A stretch of 64,000 nt of DNA. Source: an uncultured Actinomycetes bacterium (GTDB lineage: Bacteria; Actinomycetota; Thermoleophilia; RBG-16-64-13). The translations under genes and the position numbers were made by a program. This document shows, in pieces, positions 1 through 9,471 of this stretch (its first letter is position 1; each line of letters starts with the position of its first letter). The notes beneath the pieces were generated by a model, which saw nothing but the letters and a program-made list of their open reading frames with translations, was not told the origin of the DNA and did not search any database. The DNA is taken from positions 258,243 to 322,242 of the forward strand of contig CAVQZD010000004.1 in NCBI GenBank assembly GCA_963718375.1. Direction: 5' to 3'.

Positions 1-1502
1 GGTCGTCGATGTCGTCCTGGCCGAGTGCGGTCAAGAGCAAGCGCGAGACGGTCTTCTGATCGATGGTGCCCGCCAGGGTCTTACCCTCAAGCGTGGCCGC
101 CGCGATGATGGACTTGACCTCTTCGCCGCCGTCATGCTCTAGGATGCTGGGGAAGTCGATGTTGACGTGGCGATCGATGGGCTCACCGGTATCCGGGTCA
201 TTGGCGAGCGCTACCAGCCAGCCGTCCTTCTCGTCGTTCAGCACCTTGGAGCCCTTGAGGGCACTGTAGCCGGGGGCTAGGGCGCGCTTGTCGATTACAT
301 AATCGATGAGACCCGCGACAATGCTCTTCCACAGCTCCTGGCGATCGCGGAACTTAAGCTCCGTCGGACGGTCAAGGGAGTTGGCCGTCGCGAGTGTCCC
401 TACCGACACGTCGCCGAAGAAGGTCTCAGGAAGGCCCGTAGCCGCGCAGACCATGAGCAGCATGCGCCGCCCGTCCTCGGCCTTGGTGGTCGCCCCCGCC
501 GTCTTTATCGGGTCGAGCTTGAAGCCCTCGGGCGCCACCAGCGTGGAACCGGCTACCGGGGGCGGGTTGGTCTCGGCGCGGCCGGTGCCGGTGCTTACTG
601 TGGTGCCGAGCTTGGCTTTGGCCGCCGCGACGCCCTTCTTGCCGCCAGGGGTGGTTGCCTTGAAGGCAAAGCGCGAGTAGGCCCGCACGATCGTGGCCCA
701 GTCTTCCAGGAAGTCTTTGTAGGCCTTGGCCCAATCCAGACCGCTGTAGGTCTCCGGCACGCCGAAGCGCATGTCGGACAGACCCCCGACCTTCACGTGG
801 TAGACCGGAGCGTCCCACATGACAGGGTGACCACCGATGCGCTTGGGCTTGCTGAGCGCATCCGGGGTGTATTTCCAGTCTGGGTAGTAGGCCGTCTTCG
901 TGCCCTCCGCGGCCACGACGCCCGAGTCCACGCTCAGGGTCTGCGGCGTCCAGACTCGCTTGTAGTACCAGGGCTCCTTGCGGTTCTGCGGGTTGGTGAT
1001 GATGTCGGTGATTTCGTCGACCGGGATGGAGGAGATCCGGACCCGGCCGGTCGACAGGTGGGTGAACAGCGAGAAGAACAGGTTGCCCGTGACCTGCAGA
1101 TCCTGCTCCTTCATGGAGCGGGCCTGGTGCCCGAACAGCTCTGCCTTGTTCTGCTCATCATCCAGGAAGGCCTGTACCACGCCGTCTATGAGCGGGCTAC
1201 TCCCCTGGATGCTCACGCCCTGGGCCCACACGTACATCGACTGCAGGGTGACGGCCCGGTTGATGAGCGGGTTCTTGAGGAAGTAGAGGCGCGAGAGGGC
1301 GCATATCCGCTTGAGGCCTTCGCGGCTGAACTCTTGGCCACTCTCAAAGCTGAGCCGTGTCCACTCGGCGTCTTCGAGCTGAAGCTCTAAGTCAGCCAGG
1401 CTCTCGCGCATGTAGTCCACCGAGAGGTTCAGCTGCTCGTTCTCGCCCCGCAGCTCGGCGATCGCCTCGTTCTCCCGCAGCCGTATGCGCTCCAAGAGGT
1501 TC
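1..1502 (-). CDS. Phage structural protein, possibly portal; 5' partial, continues beyond left edge
   Basis: Manual translation of minus strand from ATG at 1502 (MNLLERIRLRENEAIAELRGENEQL...) stays open for ~500 codons to position 1. Absent from the ORF track because no stop lies in the window. Located downstream of the terminase genes in the late operon. Family not recognisable by eye. Confidence 0.35.
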
Positions 1503-1505
1503 ATG

Positions 1506-2450
1506 TCATGCCACCGCCGGGATTTCTTGCTTGACGATGCAGGGGCCGTCGTACCCCAGTGTGACCTTGCGGCCGCTCACCAGCGTGGCCCTCACCTGGT
1601 AGTTCTGCGACCGCAGTAGCAGCGCGGCGGTCTCGGAACTCACAGGCTCGAACTTGATGGTCCAGTCGGTCCCGTCGGAGTCGGCGCCAGTGGCGACGAA
1701 GGTCGCCTCCTCCAGGTGCAGCCTGATCGTGGCCCCGGTAAGGTCGGGGCTGCCCGCCACCGAGGCCGTGAACGCGATGGCCCTGTTGTCCGCCGCCACA
1801 CAGTCATCGCCTTGATAGATCGTAAGAGTCCCTGCTGCGTCGACCGGGCTGGCCACTGTGATGTTCGGCGCTCCGGCTGCCGCCAGTGCCGCCGCGCACG
1901 CCGCCTGTATCTGAGTGGCATTGAGGTCGTCCATAGCCGCGATCGCTGCCAGCACCGCATCGTCCGCAGTCCCCAGCGCCGTCGCCAGCTCCGCATTGGT
2001 CGGCAAGTCATTCACGCTGGTCTGGGTGGCTCGCGACGTGATCACCGCGTCGAGTCGGTCCAGCCGCGAGTCTATGACCACGGTATCCCCCGGCGCTTCG
2101 GCTGTGTTCGCGCTCTTGTAGCGCGTCTCGATCACCGCGTCGGCCACGTCCACGAGCGTCTGGGTGAGCTCCCCGTAATAGCGGCCGTTCCCGATTGCCA
2201 CCAGTACCCCGATGTCCGTATCGGTCCAGCCCCCGCCGTCCACGCTTATCTGCGGCTGGCCCCCCGCCTCTCCCGTCTCGGGCGTCATGCCGTCCGTCGC
2301 GTCTACCAGGTGGAAGTACACCCGCCGGCGGGCGGCCGTGGCCTCGTTGCGCTTGACGTAGATATTTGCCATCGGTCTACCTCCCGTAGATGAGGCGTTG
2401 ATAGTAGGCTGCCGCACTCCGGGCCAGAACGTCCCCGCCGCCCATGTCAT
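1506..2450 (-). CDS. Phage hypothetical protein (Ala/Thr/Gly-rich, possibly structural)
   Basis: 314-aa ORF in the late operon directly upstream of the portal-like ORF. Start is separated by only 3 nt from the stop of the next gene. Confidence 0.4.
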   Translation of the reverse strand: MTWAAGTFWPGVRQPTINASSTGGRPMANIYVKRNEATAARRRVYFHLVDATDGMTPETGEAGGQPQISVDGGGWTDTDIGVLVAIGNGRYYGELTQTLVDVADAVIETRYKSANTAEAPGDTVVIDSRLDRLDAVITSRATQTSVNDLPTNAELATALGTADDAVLAAIAAMDDLNATQIQAACAAALAAAGAPNITVASPVDAAGTLTIYQGDDCVAADNRAIAFTASVAGSPDLTGATIRLHLEEATFVATGADSDGTDWTIKFEPVSSETAALLLRSQNYQVRATLVSGRKVTLGYDGPCIVKQEIPAVA

Positions 2451-3207
2451 TCAGGGTGGCGTTCGTTATCTGGTCTATCAGTACGCCCGCCCCGTTGGGC
2501 TGCGAATACACGTCGATGCTCGCCAGCGGGAACAAGACCGCCCCACAATCGGCCACCGCTACACCCGCCGCAGTATTGGCTGGGCTGGAAGGTGTCGCCC
2601 CGTCTGAACAGACCACGCTGGAGTTGGCGGGCAAGCCGGTGACGGTTACTAGGTGCGACGGGCGGCCCTCATGCCAGTCAACCTGTAGCCCCGCTGCCGA
2701 ACCGCCACACAATCCCGCGTAGCATGGCCCCGGATAGGTTAGGTCTGTGGACGTCAGCGTCCGGGTGAACGCCGCCCGCCCGCACTTGGCCACCACGCCT
2801 GTCGGCAGTAGGATGATTCGAGTCAGGCCGTAATCGCCGTCCACTGGTATGTCCACCGACGACGACGCCAGCGCGGTCGTGCTGTTATTGTCTAGCCGGT
2901 CCAGCCGCCAGGTAGACGCCCAATGGCTGATATAGCAGTCGATGTCCGCGCCTACGTTGAACACGCTGTTGGGACTCATAAGCACCCCGGCCATACGGCT
3001 CCCCGCCCGTAGCCCTCGCGCCGTCGCGCACATAATCGTGCCGTGATTCTTGCGAATCGACCGCGTTGACGACGACACCAGCGTGGCAAGACCCCCGGCC
3101 ATAGTGATTGTCTGCGTCGAATACAGGTCATACTCCGCGCTGGTGTCGGCGTCGAAGTCGTCGCGGAAGCCTGAGTCCAGGCCGCGTGTGGTGCGAGTGA
3201 GTGTCAT
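2377..3207 (-). CDS. Phage hypothetical protein
   Basis: 276-aa ORF, 4-nt overlap with the upstream gene; the true start may be internal given the overlap with 1506..2450. Confidence 0.35.
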   Translation of the reverse strand: MTLTRTTRGLDSGFRDDFDADTSAEYDLYSTQTITMAGGLATLVSSSTRSIRKNHGTIMCATARGLRAGSRMAGVLMSPNSVFNVGADIDCYISHWASTWRLDRLDNNSTTALASSSVDIPVDGDYGLTRIILLPTGVVAKCGRAAFTRTLTSTDLTYPGPCYAGLCGGSAAGLQVDWHEGRPSHLVTVTGLPANSSVVCSDGATPSSPANTAAGVAVADCGAVLFPLASIDVYSQPNGAGVLIDQITNATLNDMGGGDVLARSAAAYYQRLIYGR

Positions 3208-3548
3208 CCCGCCCTCAAGTCAGAGGGGTTCACCGAATGCTTGGCTAACACCGACAACACGCGCTCGGTGTAGGCCGCGTCATCTTCCTTAGCCGTGCGC
3301 TTGACTTCGGAGAGCACAGCGGTTTGCGCCGTCAGCGCCGTCCGCTTCGCATCCGTACACTCGTAACTCTTAGCCAGCGTGTCGAGTACCTTCGCTGGAG
3401 CCTTGACCAGCACGAGCGCGCGCTTCTCGTCGGGCTGCTCGTAGCACGCGGCCCAACCCTCGACGCCAGGAGTGTCGCCTATCTCGGGCCGGTAGGGGTC
3501 GGCGTCTGTGCCGGTGCCTATGGTTTTGGAGCCGTAGCAGGCGAGCAT
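3204..3548 (-). CDS. Phage hypothetical protein
   Basis: 114-aa ORF immediately downstream of the terminase large subunit. Confidence 0.35.
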   Translation of the reverse strand: MLACYGSKTIGTGTDADPYRPEIGDTPGVEGWAACYEQPDEKRALVLVKAPAKVLDTLAKSYECTDAKRTALTAQTAVLSEVKRTAKEDDAAYTERVLSVLAKHSVNPSDLRAG

Positions 3549-3566
3549 GGGGGCCTCCTTACCGGC

Positions 3567-5171
3567 CTAGTACCTCGATATGCTCACGTGGTCGTCGTAC
3601 ACCAGCAGTTCTTCGGTCGGCTCAGCCTCTGGCACCCAGAACGACTCGATCACCGCGTCCCCGTGGTCGGTCGAGCGGCCCAGGCGCTTGCGGATCTCGT
3701 CTTTGCTCTCCACCTGGATCTTGCCTGCCGAGGTCACCCGCCACTTAGGGGCCGTGAGGTCGCCTATCAGAAGGTCGTCGGGCGGCAAGGCAACCGGGCA
3801 CCCGCTGGTGGGGTCTAGCACTTCTCGCATGGTCCACCAGGCGGCGGAGCGGCAGTTGAGAAAGGCGAGCTCGCCTGAGGCGTCCAGCTTGTGTGTGCCG
3901 GCGCCGGCGTTGAAGGCGATGACCGGCAGGCCCTGCTCTCGCAGGCGGTCCACCACTCCGGCCCCGATACCGATGACGTCGACAACAGCGTACCCGCCAC
4001 GCTGGAGCGCCCCGACCACGCGGCCGGTGGTCTGCATCAGGTCCTCCAGGCTGTGGGCCTCGACCTCGGAGATGCGCCAGCCGTAGCGGGGCGCCAGTGT
4101 CGTCTTGTCTGAGCCGCTGCGGGCTACGTCGACGCCCACACAGGTGAGCGGTCCGGCGTCCTCGCCTAGTTCCCAGCGGGCGATCGCTGCTTCGACCCAC
4201 GCGAGCGGGATGACGCTGTCCTCATCGGAGCTCGCGAAGTCACCCAGGACGCGGTTGATAAAGACGGCCGACTTGCGGCCCCACTGCTTGGCGCGCTGTT
4301 CCACCCACTCAGTGCTGACGCGCCCGGCGGCTATGGCCTCATCCACTGTGACGTGGAAGACTTCCCAGTCCTCGAACCCTGCCTTGCGGCGGTGGATGTC
4401 GTAGAAGCGGCCCTGGGGTTCACCTGGGGTCGAACAGGCCAGTGCGAGCGCCTGGAGCTCACCGTCACCGCCGGCGCCGGAGAAGGCGCCCTCGGCAGCG
4501 TCGAAGGTAGCGTCTGGGATGACCTTGGCCTCGTCGAAGATGTACAGGATCTGGTCAGCGTGCGCGCCCTCGATGAGCTCCGGCCGGTCAGATGCAACGG
4601 CAGAGGCAGCGCCGGTAAACAGCTTGAGGTTCAGCATCAGGAGTTCGTTGGCGGTGAAGGGCTCGCGCCCCAGCTTGGACCAGTCGAGCATCCGCGACCA
4701 CTTGTGGATCTCCGGCCAGAGGTAGACCTCTAGTTGCCGCCACGAGCTCGCGGTGGTGATGACCTTCCAGTCCTCGCCCTCGCGGGTGCTGGCGAACCAC
4801 AGGACCGTCCAGGCGTTGAGCGCCGTCTTGCCGAGACCGTGTGGGCCCCGGATGGCGACTCGCTTACTCGTGGGGAGCGCGCTCAGCGCTTTCTCTTGGT
4901 AGGCCGCGGGGCCCTTGCCCTCGGGCCAGAGGAAGCACTCGCGCAAGAACAGGGCCGGGTCGTCGCGGTAGGGCCTTAGCAGCTCGCGTCTTACTCGGAC
5001 GGCGCGCTTGTCAGCCTCGGTGCGCTTCTGTTCAGCGAGCGCTTCCAGCTCAGCGAGCTTGGCCCGCCGGGCCTTCAGCTCCTCAAGTCGGCTCAGCAGC
5101 TCTGGCGTCGGCAGGCTCACGACGTGCGAGTTCACTCTCGAGCTTCTCGATCTCCCGGTCGAGCTTGTCAA
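3567..5171 (-). CDS. Phage terminase large subunit
   Basis: 534 aa. Walker A (RGPHGLGKT), a DE-containing Walker B region (YIFDEAKV) and a C-terminal nuclease-like region; typical terL architecture and position after the small subunit. Confidence 0.8.
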   Translation of the reverse strand: MTSSTGRSRSSRVNSHVVSLPTPELLSRLEELKARRAKLAELEALAEQKRTEADKRAVRVRRELLRPYRDDPALFLRECFLWPEGKGPAAYQEKALSALPTSKRVAIRGPHGLGKTALNAWTVLWFASTREGEDWKVITTASSWRQLEVYLWPEIHKWSRMLDWSKLGREPFTANELLMLNLKLFTGAASAVASDRPELIEGAHADQILYIFDEAKVIPDATFDAAEGAFSGAGGDGELQALALACSTPGEPQGRFYDIHRRKAGFEDWEVFHVTVDEAIAAGRVSTEWVEQRAKQWGRKSAVFINRVLGDFASSDEDSVIPLAWVEAAIARWELGEDAGPLTCVGVDVARSGSDKTTLAPRYGWRISEVEAHSLEDLMQTTGRVVGALQRGGYAVVDVIGIGAGVVDRLREQGLPVIAFNAGAGTHKLDASGELAFLNCRSAAWWTMREVLDPTSGCPVALPPDDLLIGDLTAPKWRVTSAGKIQVESKDEIRKRLGRSTDHGDAVIESFWVPEAEPTEELLVYDDHVSISRY

Positions 5172-5718
5172 CGGTGATCACCTCGTCCCGTCCCGTGACC
5201 TCTCCGTTCTCCAGCCGGAACTTGTCGATGAGGATCCCGATGGAGGTCGCATACGAAAGGCAGGCGCTGGCCGGGGCTATCGGGTAGACGACCTCGTGTG
5301 CACCCTGGCCCTTGAAGTCGGTGTGCGGCGCGTCCATGCGTCCCAGCAGGTCGACGGCCTTCTCCAGGAGCTGCGTCTTGAGCTTGGCCCGCATGTCGAG
5401 GACCCGTGCCTCTTGGGCCTTGACGCACGCCAGGATGTTCTCGGTCGGGGGGCTCAGCCTCTCCCCGGTGTTGGTCTCGTGGTCCTTCACCCACTTGCGC
5501 ACAGACTTCTCGCTGCAGCCGATCTGCCTGCCGGCTGCCCGCGGGCCCACAGTGGTGTACAGCTCCAGGGCTTTGGCCTTCTGGGCGGGGGTGAACTTGG
5601 GTTTGAAGCGCTCGGCCTTCTTGGTGTCGGTCACATCCTGACCCCCTTCGGGCAAAGAAAAAGGCCGCCGATCCGGCGACCCACTGAGGGCGCACTTCTC
5701 CCGCCCTACCGACACCAA
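5083..5718 (-). CDS. Phage terminase small subunit (HTH DNA-binding)
   Basis: 211 aa with an N-terminal HTH-like segment (KALELYTTVGPRAAGRQIGCSEKSVRKWVK) and coiled-coil C-terminus, directly upstream of terL. The 3' end overlaps the terL N-terminus, so either gene boundary may be shorter. Confidence 0.5.
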   Translation of the reverse strand: MVSVGREKCALSGSPDRRPFSLPEGGQDVTDTKKAERFKPKFTPAQKAKALELYTTVGPRAAGRQIGCSEKSVRKWVKDHETNTGERLSPPTENILACVKAQEARVLDMRAKLKTQLLEKAVDLLGRMDAPHTDFKGQGAHEVVYPIAPASACLSYATSIGILIDKFRLENGEVTGRDEVITVDKLDREIEKLESELARREPADARAAEPT

Positions 5719-5742
5719 GGTACACCATGGGCGCGGGGCTTG

Positions 5743-6297
5743 TCAAGGCTTCCACTCGTGGCGCTTCTGGATTGCCCGCCACAGGGTATCGGTCGCGTAG
5801 TCGAGCATCCTGCGGAAGATGTAGAAATCGTAGTCGCAGTCCAGGGCCTCAGCCTCTCGGCACTTGGGGACGTCCAGACGTCTGTCCTCGAAGTCGGCGC
5901 CGCGGTAGAGCGTGCAGCGGACTTGGCTTGGACAGCGCACGTAACGCATCCCCAGCCGGTTCATGAGCACCTGCCACCCTTGGGCCTCGGTGGATAGCCC
6001 CTGGCGGTAATAGAGGTCGACCACCCTCCACCAGGTCTTGTACCGGCCCTCGATCTGCTCCATTGCGATGTCGATCGTGGATCGCTGGCGCCTCACCGTG
6101 TTCTCGAACTTCTCCACCTGCTCAGGTGTCGCCTTGGCCTCGCCCTCTTCGCCCTCCTCTTTGCCGTACTTGCGCAGCAGCACGCCGTCCAGGAGCGCGG
6201 TGTACTCCCCCAGGGCTCGCCTCAGCGCCTTGATGTCATCGAACTCCCAGAAGTGCTCAGCGTCAACCGGCGTCGTCTCCGCAACTTGCGAGATCAT
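5743..6297 (-). CDS. Phage hypothetical protein
   Basis: Likely start MISQVAETT at 6297, giving a 4-nt overlap with the upstream gene. The Arg/Gly-rich N-terminal extension of the 240-aa track ORF is probably spurious. Confidence 0.4.
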   Translation of the reverse strand: MISQVAETTPVDAEHFWEFDDIKALRRALGEYTALLDGVLLRKYGKEEGEEGEAKATPEQVEKFENTVRRQRSTIDIAMEQIEGRYKTWWRVVDLYYRQGLSTEAQGWQVLMNRLGMRYVRCPSQVRCTLYRGADFEDRRLDVPKCREAEALDCDYDFYIFRRMLDYATDTLWRAIQKRHEWKP

Positions 6298-6515
6298 CTG
6301 GCCCTCCTTGTGGGGGGTGTCGGTGGGACGTGAGTCTGTGCCGGTGCCTCGCGCATGACGGCTTCGAAGTCCTCGCGCTTGGTCCGGCAGGTGTAGTCGA
6401 CCATGTGGCCGTATGGGCCCTTGCGCACCACCAGGGCTACCAGGCCGCAGCCGAGGTGCTCCCACTCACGCTCGAGGTCGGAGATCGCGCGGGCTAGGTC
6501 GGCGTCGCGGCTCAT
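6294..6515 (-). CDS. Small phage protein
   Basis: 73 aa, 4-nt overlaps on both sides (operon coupling). Confidence 0.3.
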   Translation of the reverse strand: MSRDADLARAISDLEREWEHLGCGLVALVVRKGPYGHMVDYTCRTKREDFEAVMREAPAQTHVPPTPPTRRAR

Positions 6516-7402
6516 GGGGCCACCGCCTGCTTGGACGCCTCGAAGGCGGCGCGGCTTGCGCTCGCAGCTTTGGCACTCGCCGCGACGTCGGCTGGCGAGG
6601 GTGGACTCGCTCCCGGGGGGAACGTGCTGCGCGGCGCCGTCTGGAAGGCTTCCTCGATGAGGGTCTTGAGAACTGCCGCCGGCTTGCCTTCACGCACGAG
6701 CTTGGTGATGGCCGCACGGATGAGCGCCGGGTCGCGTCCGGCCTTGAGTCGTTCGGCGATGATCCCGGCGATGGCGTCTGTGTCCTTTTGCTTTGGGACG
6801 CAGCGACTGACGCGCTTGGTCTCAGCCGCGTAGAAGGCCGTGAGCTTCTGAGCTTCTGAGTGCTGCGCTTGGGGCTCTTCCTCCTCATCCCCGAAGTCGA
6901 TATCCGCGAACTCGTCCCCTCCAAAGTTATCCACAGGCGAGTCGCCGCTTGCGGCGCTCCCCTCGGAGAGACAAGGAGTCAGGAGTCCGGAGTCAGGAGT
7001 CAATGAAGAGGGAGTCAGCCCGAGTAGGTTAGTGCATTTCTGGAGCGTGTCGGGCCTTTTCGCGATAACGTCACACGCAGGGAGTATTGAGGGCTTCTCG
7101 TTCTTGTGTGGGTTCTGGTGGAGTTTGAAGGTCGGTATCCAGATGCAGCGCAAACCCTCGACCTCGTATCGAACTATGAACCTCTCACTCACGAGTAGGT
7201 CTAATATCTCGTCCACGTCGACGTCGAAGTAGGGTAGCGTGTCAGCTTTGATCCTCTTGGGCCTATCCTCCAGCCGGCCCTCGCGATCAGCAAGACACCA
7301 CAGCCCCTCGAAAAGCAGCTGAGCGTAGGGACCGAGCGCAGCCAGGACCTCGTTCTTGAAGAACCCCGGCTTGAGCGAACGTGATCTCACTCCTTCCTCC
7401 AT
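6512..7402 (-). CDS. Putative phage replication initiation / replisome-organizer-like protein
   Basis: Start likely MEEGVRSRSLKPGFF at 7402. The N-terminal region (LLFEGLWCLADREGRLEDRPKRIKADTLPY...) resembles phage replisome organizer N-domains, followed by an acidic linker and a helical C-terminus. Assignment is by resemblance only. Confidence 0.35.
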   Translation of the reverse strand: MEEGVRSRSLKPGFFKNEVLAALGPYAQLLFEGLWCLADREGRLEDRPKRIKADTLPYFDVDVDEILDLLVSERFIVRYEVEGLRCIWIPTFKLHQNPHKNEKPSILPACDVIAKRPDTLQKCTNLLGLTPSSLTPDSGLLTPCLSEGSAASGDSPVDNFGGDEFADIDFGDEEEEPQAQHSEAQKLTAFYAAETKRVSRCVPKQKDTDAIAGIIAERLKAGRDPALIRAAITKLVREGKPAAVLKTLIEEAFQTAPRSTFPPGASPPSPADVAASAKAASASRAAFEASKQAVAP

Positions 7403-7635
7403 TTCCCCGCGTCTGGGCAGGTCGCGAAGTGGCTGATGTATCGCGGGCCGTCCTCGCTGCCGGTGGTCTCCTTGAGTGCCGCTTTGGCGGCTTCGGCGTT
7501 GCGGCACACATGGGCCATCTTCCCGATCGCCACGATGTTCCCGCCCTCCACCGGGTCCTCGTCCACAGGCAGCTTCTTCCCGCCGGCCGTCTCCAGCCAG
7601 GTGACTCTCGCGCCGCAGCTGCGGCAAGCGCTCAT
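7387..7635 (-). CDS. Small zinc-binding phage protein
   Basis: Start MSACRSCGARVTW at 7635 (ATGA overlap with the VRR-NUC stop). Carries CxxC ... HVC ... CP cysteine/histidine pairs. Confidence 0.35.
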   Translation of the reverse strand: MSACRSCGARVTWLETAGGKKLPVDEDPVEGGNIVAIGKMAHVCRNAEAAKAALKETTGSEDGPRYISHFATCPDAGKWRKE

Positions 7636-7964
7636 CTCAGCACCTCCAGGTCCTCTATCCCGTAGACCACCAGGTACGTCCCGCCGCACTCCTCGATGAG
7701 GTCACGGAACCGCTCCTGCCCAACAGACAGCTTGCCCCTGGGGGCCTTGCATTCGATGTAGACGGTTCTCCCGTCCTTGATGGCCTCGATGTCAGGCAGG
7801 CCCGGGTAGACCCCCATGCCTGCGGTGTTCGGCCAATGCCTCCACCCGTGCAGGTCGAGCCACTGTTTCACCGCTTGTTTGACGGCCGTCTCGGGTGTGA
7901 CCCGGCGGCCTCCGACCCGTGGGGTCTGCCTCTTGAACTCTGCGGCGGTCATGCGCTCAGTCAT
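7632..7964 (-). CDS. VRR-NUC domain nuclease
   Basis: Start MTERMTAAEF at 7964. Sequence (WLDLHGWRHW...GLPDIEAIKDGRTVYIECKAPRGKLS.GQ) is diagnostic of the VRR-NUC PD-(D/E)XK family. Confidence 0.6.
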   Translation of the reverse strand: MTERMTAAEFKRQTPRVGGRRVTPETAVKQAVKQWLDLHGWRHWPNTAGMGVYPGLPDIEAIKDGRTVYIECKAPRGKLSVGQERFRDLIEECGGTYLVVYGIEDLEVLR

Positions 7965-8218
7965 TTCACACCCGCCCGTCTCCGCTGCTTGCGGCTCACG
8001 AGCACACCCTCGTTCGTGTACCAGCGACCGTCGGAGCCTTTGTAAATACGGTCTGAGCGCATGAGCCTGGGGAGCAGAGGCGCGTGAAGCAGAGGCAGGT
8101 CTTCTATTCCCTCGTCTGTGGCCACCTGCTCCATGCACTCGTGTAGGCTCGGGCAGTGGTCACAGCGCCCCTCTACGGCGTCTGTGGGCTCTCCGAAGCA
8201 TGCGGGGTGCTCTCTCAT
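7961..8218 (-). CDS. Small Cys/His-rich phage protein
   Basis: 85 aa (CFGEP...CDHCPSLHEC), with 4-nt overlaps on both sides. Confidence 0.3.
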   Translation of the reverse strand: MREHPACFGEPTDAVEGRCDHCPSLHECMEQVATDEGIEDLPLLHAPLLPRLMRSDRIYKGSDGRWYTNEGVLVSRKQRRRAGVK

Positions 8219-8604
8219 GACACCACCTCCACATCCGCCAGCGACATGATCACGTGGTCTGCGAGTAGCCCGAAGTTGGGGGCTCCCCTCAGCACGTAGG
8301 ACACGCGAGCCTTAAGAACGCGCCCGGTGTAGCAGGGACCCGCGATGGTGGCACCCGGAGGCGTGTACTCGCGCAGGTAGAGCAGGTCCCCTTCCTGGAA
8401 CTTGCGCCCAGCATCGGATCGCAGCTCGAAGGTCTTGCTGCCATCCGCGACCGCGTTGAAGTACGGCGTCCATATCTTGAGATCGTGCGTCACCATGACG
8501 ACACCAGCCAATACCAGAGACGCGCATACCAGGGGAGCATCTCCCACTCCCACACCGCGTTGTGGGCGGCGACAGGTATCTCGCCTGGTCCACCGAACCA
8601 CCAC
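8215..8604 (-). CDS. ASCH-domain protein
   Basis: C-terminal ~95 aa (MVTHDLKIWTPYFNAVADGSKTFELR...GDLLYLREY) matches the ASCH / DUF3850 fold. The true start is probably internal at 8496. Confidence 0.45.
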   Translation of the reverse strand: MVVRWTRRDTCRRPQRGVGVGDAPLVCASLVLAGVVMVTHDLKIWTPYFNAVADGSKTFELRSDAGRKFQEGDLLYLREYTPPGATIAGPCYTGRVLKARVSYVLRGAPNFGLLADHVIMSLADVEVVS

Positions 8605-8814
8605 TTATGCCGTTTCATCCGCTCTCCCCTCGCACCTCGGCACCATCCCACACGCCCCCTTGAACTCAGCTGCCGCCAGACAGTGCTGACACGGCACCAC
8701 GTCTATGCGGAGCGTCTCGCGGCTCGCCTGGTAGGGCTGGCTGTAAAGCTCGCGGCCACAGCCCTGGCAGATGACTTTGACTGTCTCGGTGGTGTCACTC
8801 GCCATCGCCTGCAT
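8605..8814 (-). CDS. Zinc-ribbon phage protein
   Basis: 69 aa with CQGCG...CQHC...C...C pattern. Confidence 0.35.
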   Translation of the reverse strand: MQAMASDTTETVKVICQGCGRELYSQPYQASRETLRIDVVPCQHCLAAAEFKGACGMVPRCEGRADETA

Positions 8815-9253
8815 CCCCCTCTTCCATCTCGTCAGTGGTGTAGCTGGTCGCTTGCACCTCGAGGTTGAGAAGGTCGGTCAGGCTGATGTTGAGCGCGCCC
8901 GCGCGTCCGGAGTCTTCTCCACGCTTCCACTTGATCGCCGCGCCACAGATGTAGCCTTGCAGTGTGACCTCCACGTCGCGGCCCGGGTGCAGCCCCTCTT
9001 CGTCTGCATAAGCGCGCAGGTCCTCCAGCTTCATGTCGAAGCCGCCGGAGAAGTTGACCCGCACCGTTGTGAGCTGCATGGGTTTGAAGATGGCGTCGTC
9101 CAGGGTGGGCTGGACGCCCCTGCCTAAGACTTCGCCGGTCTCAGAGTCTATGGAGGTGATGTTTTCGCACCGGCGCTTGAACTCGTCAAAGGGGATGGGC
9201 GCGCTCATGTGGCCGGGGGTTCCGATGCTGACCGTGCCGTCGATGCCTTCCAT
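8795..9253 (-). CDS. Phage hypothetical protein
   Basis: Start MEGIDGTV at 9253. The Arg/Gly-rich N-terminal extension in the track ORF is likely spurious. Confidence 0.35.
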   Translation of the reverse strand: MEGIDGTVSIGTPGHMSAPIPFDEFKRRCENITSIDSETGEVLGRGVQPTLDDAIFKPMQLTTVRVNFSGGFDMKLEDLRAYADEEGLHPGRDVEVTLQGYICGAAIKWKRGEDSGRAGALNISLTDLLNLEVQATSYTTDEMEEGDAGDGE

Positions 9254-9276
9254 GGTCTGTCCTTTCGTCTCGGGTA

Positions 9277-9471
9277 CTAGGTGAGTCTCAGTTGCTCGGT
9301 CGGTTTCTGTCTTACGGTTTGCAGCACCGGCTGCCCATCCAGCTCTGCGATCAGCGGGCCGCGCGGGTCCTTCGTCGGTGCCATCGCATTCATCAACGCC
9401 CGCGCCCAGGACGCACCCCACTCACGGGCTACGTCAGTGAGGAAGTCCCAGGCTGCGGGGGTGAGGTCCAT
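9277..9471 (-). CDS. Small phage protein
   Basis: 64 aa; its stop abuts the start of 8795..9253. Confidence 0.3.
   Translation of the reverse strand: MDLTPAAWDFLTDVAREWGASWARALMNAMAPTKDPRGPLIAELDGQPVLQTVRQKPTEQLRLT

Noticed and set aside
426-2393. Multiple Arg/Gly/Pro-rich ORFs (e.g. 426..818 -, 797..1390 +, 1716..2393 +) overlapping the portal-like and 314-aa phage genes
   Set aside because: Their composition is typical of antisense or off-frame reading in 65% GC DNA. They overlap better-supported minus-strand genes.
5168-6924. Arg-rich ORFs 5168..5782 (-), 5008..5997 (+), 6466..6924 (-), 6413..6859 (+)
   Set aside because: They are alternative frames of the terminase-small, 5743..6297 and replisome-organizer genes, have low-complexity basic composition and are not conserved-looking.
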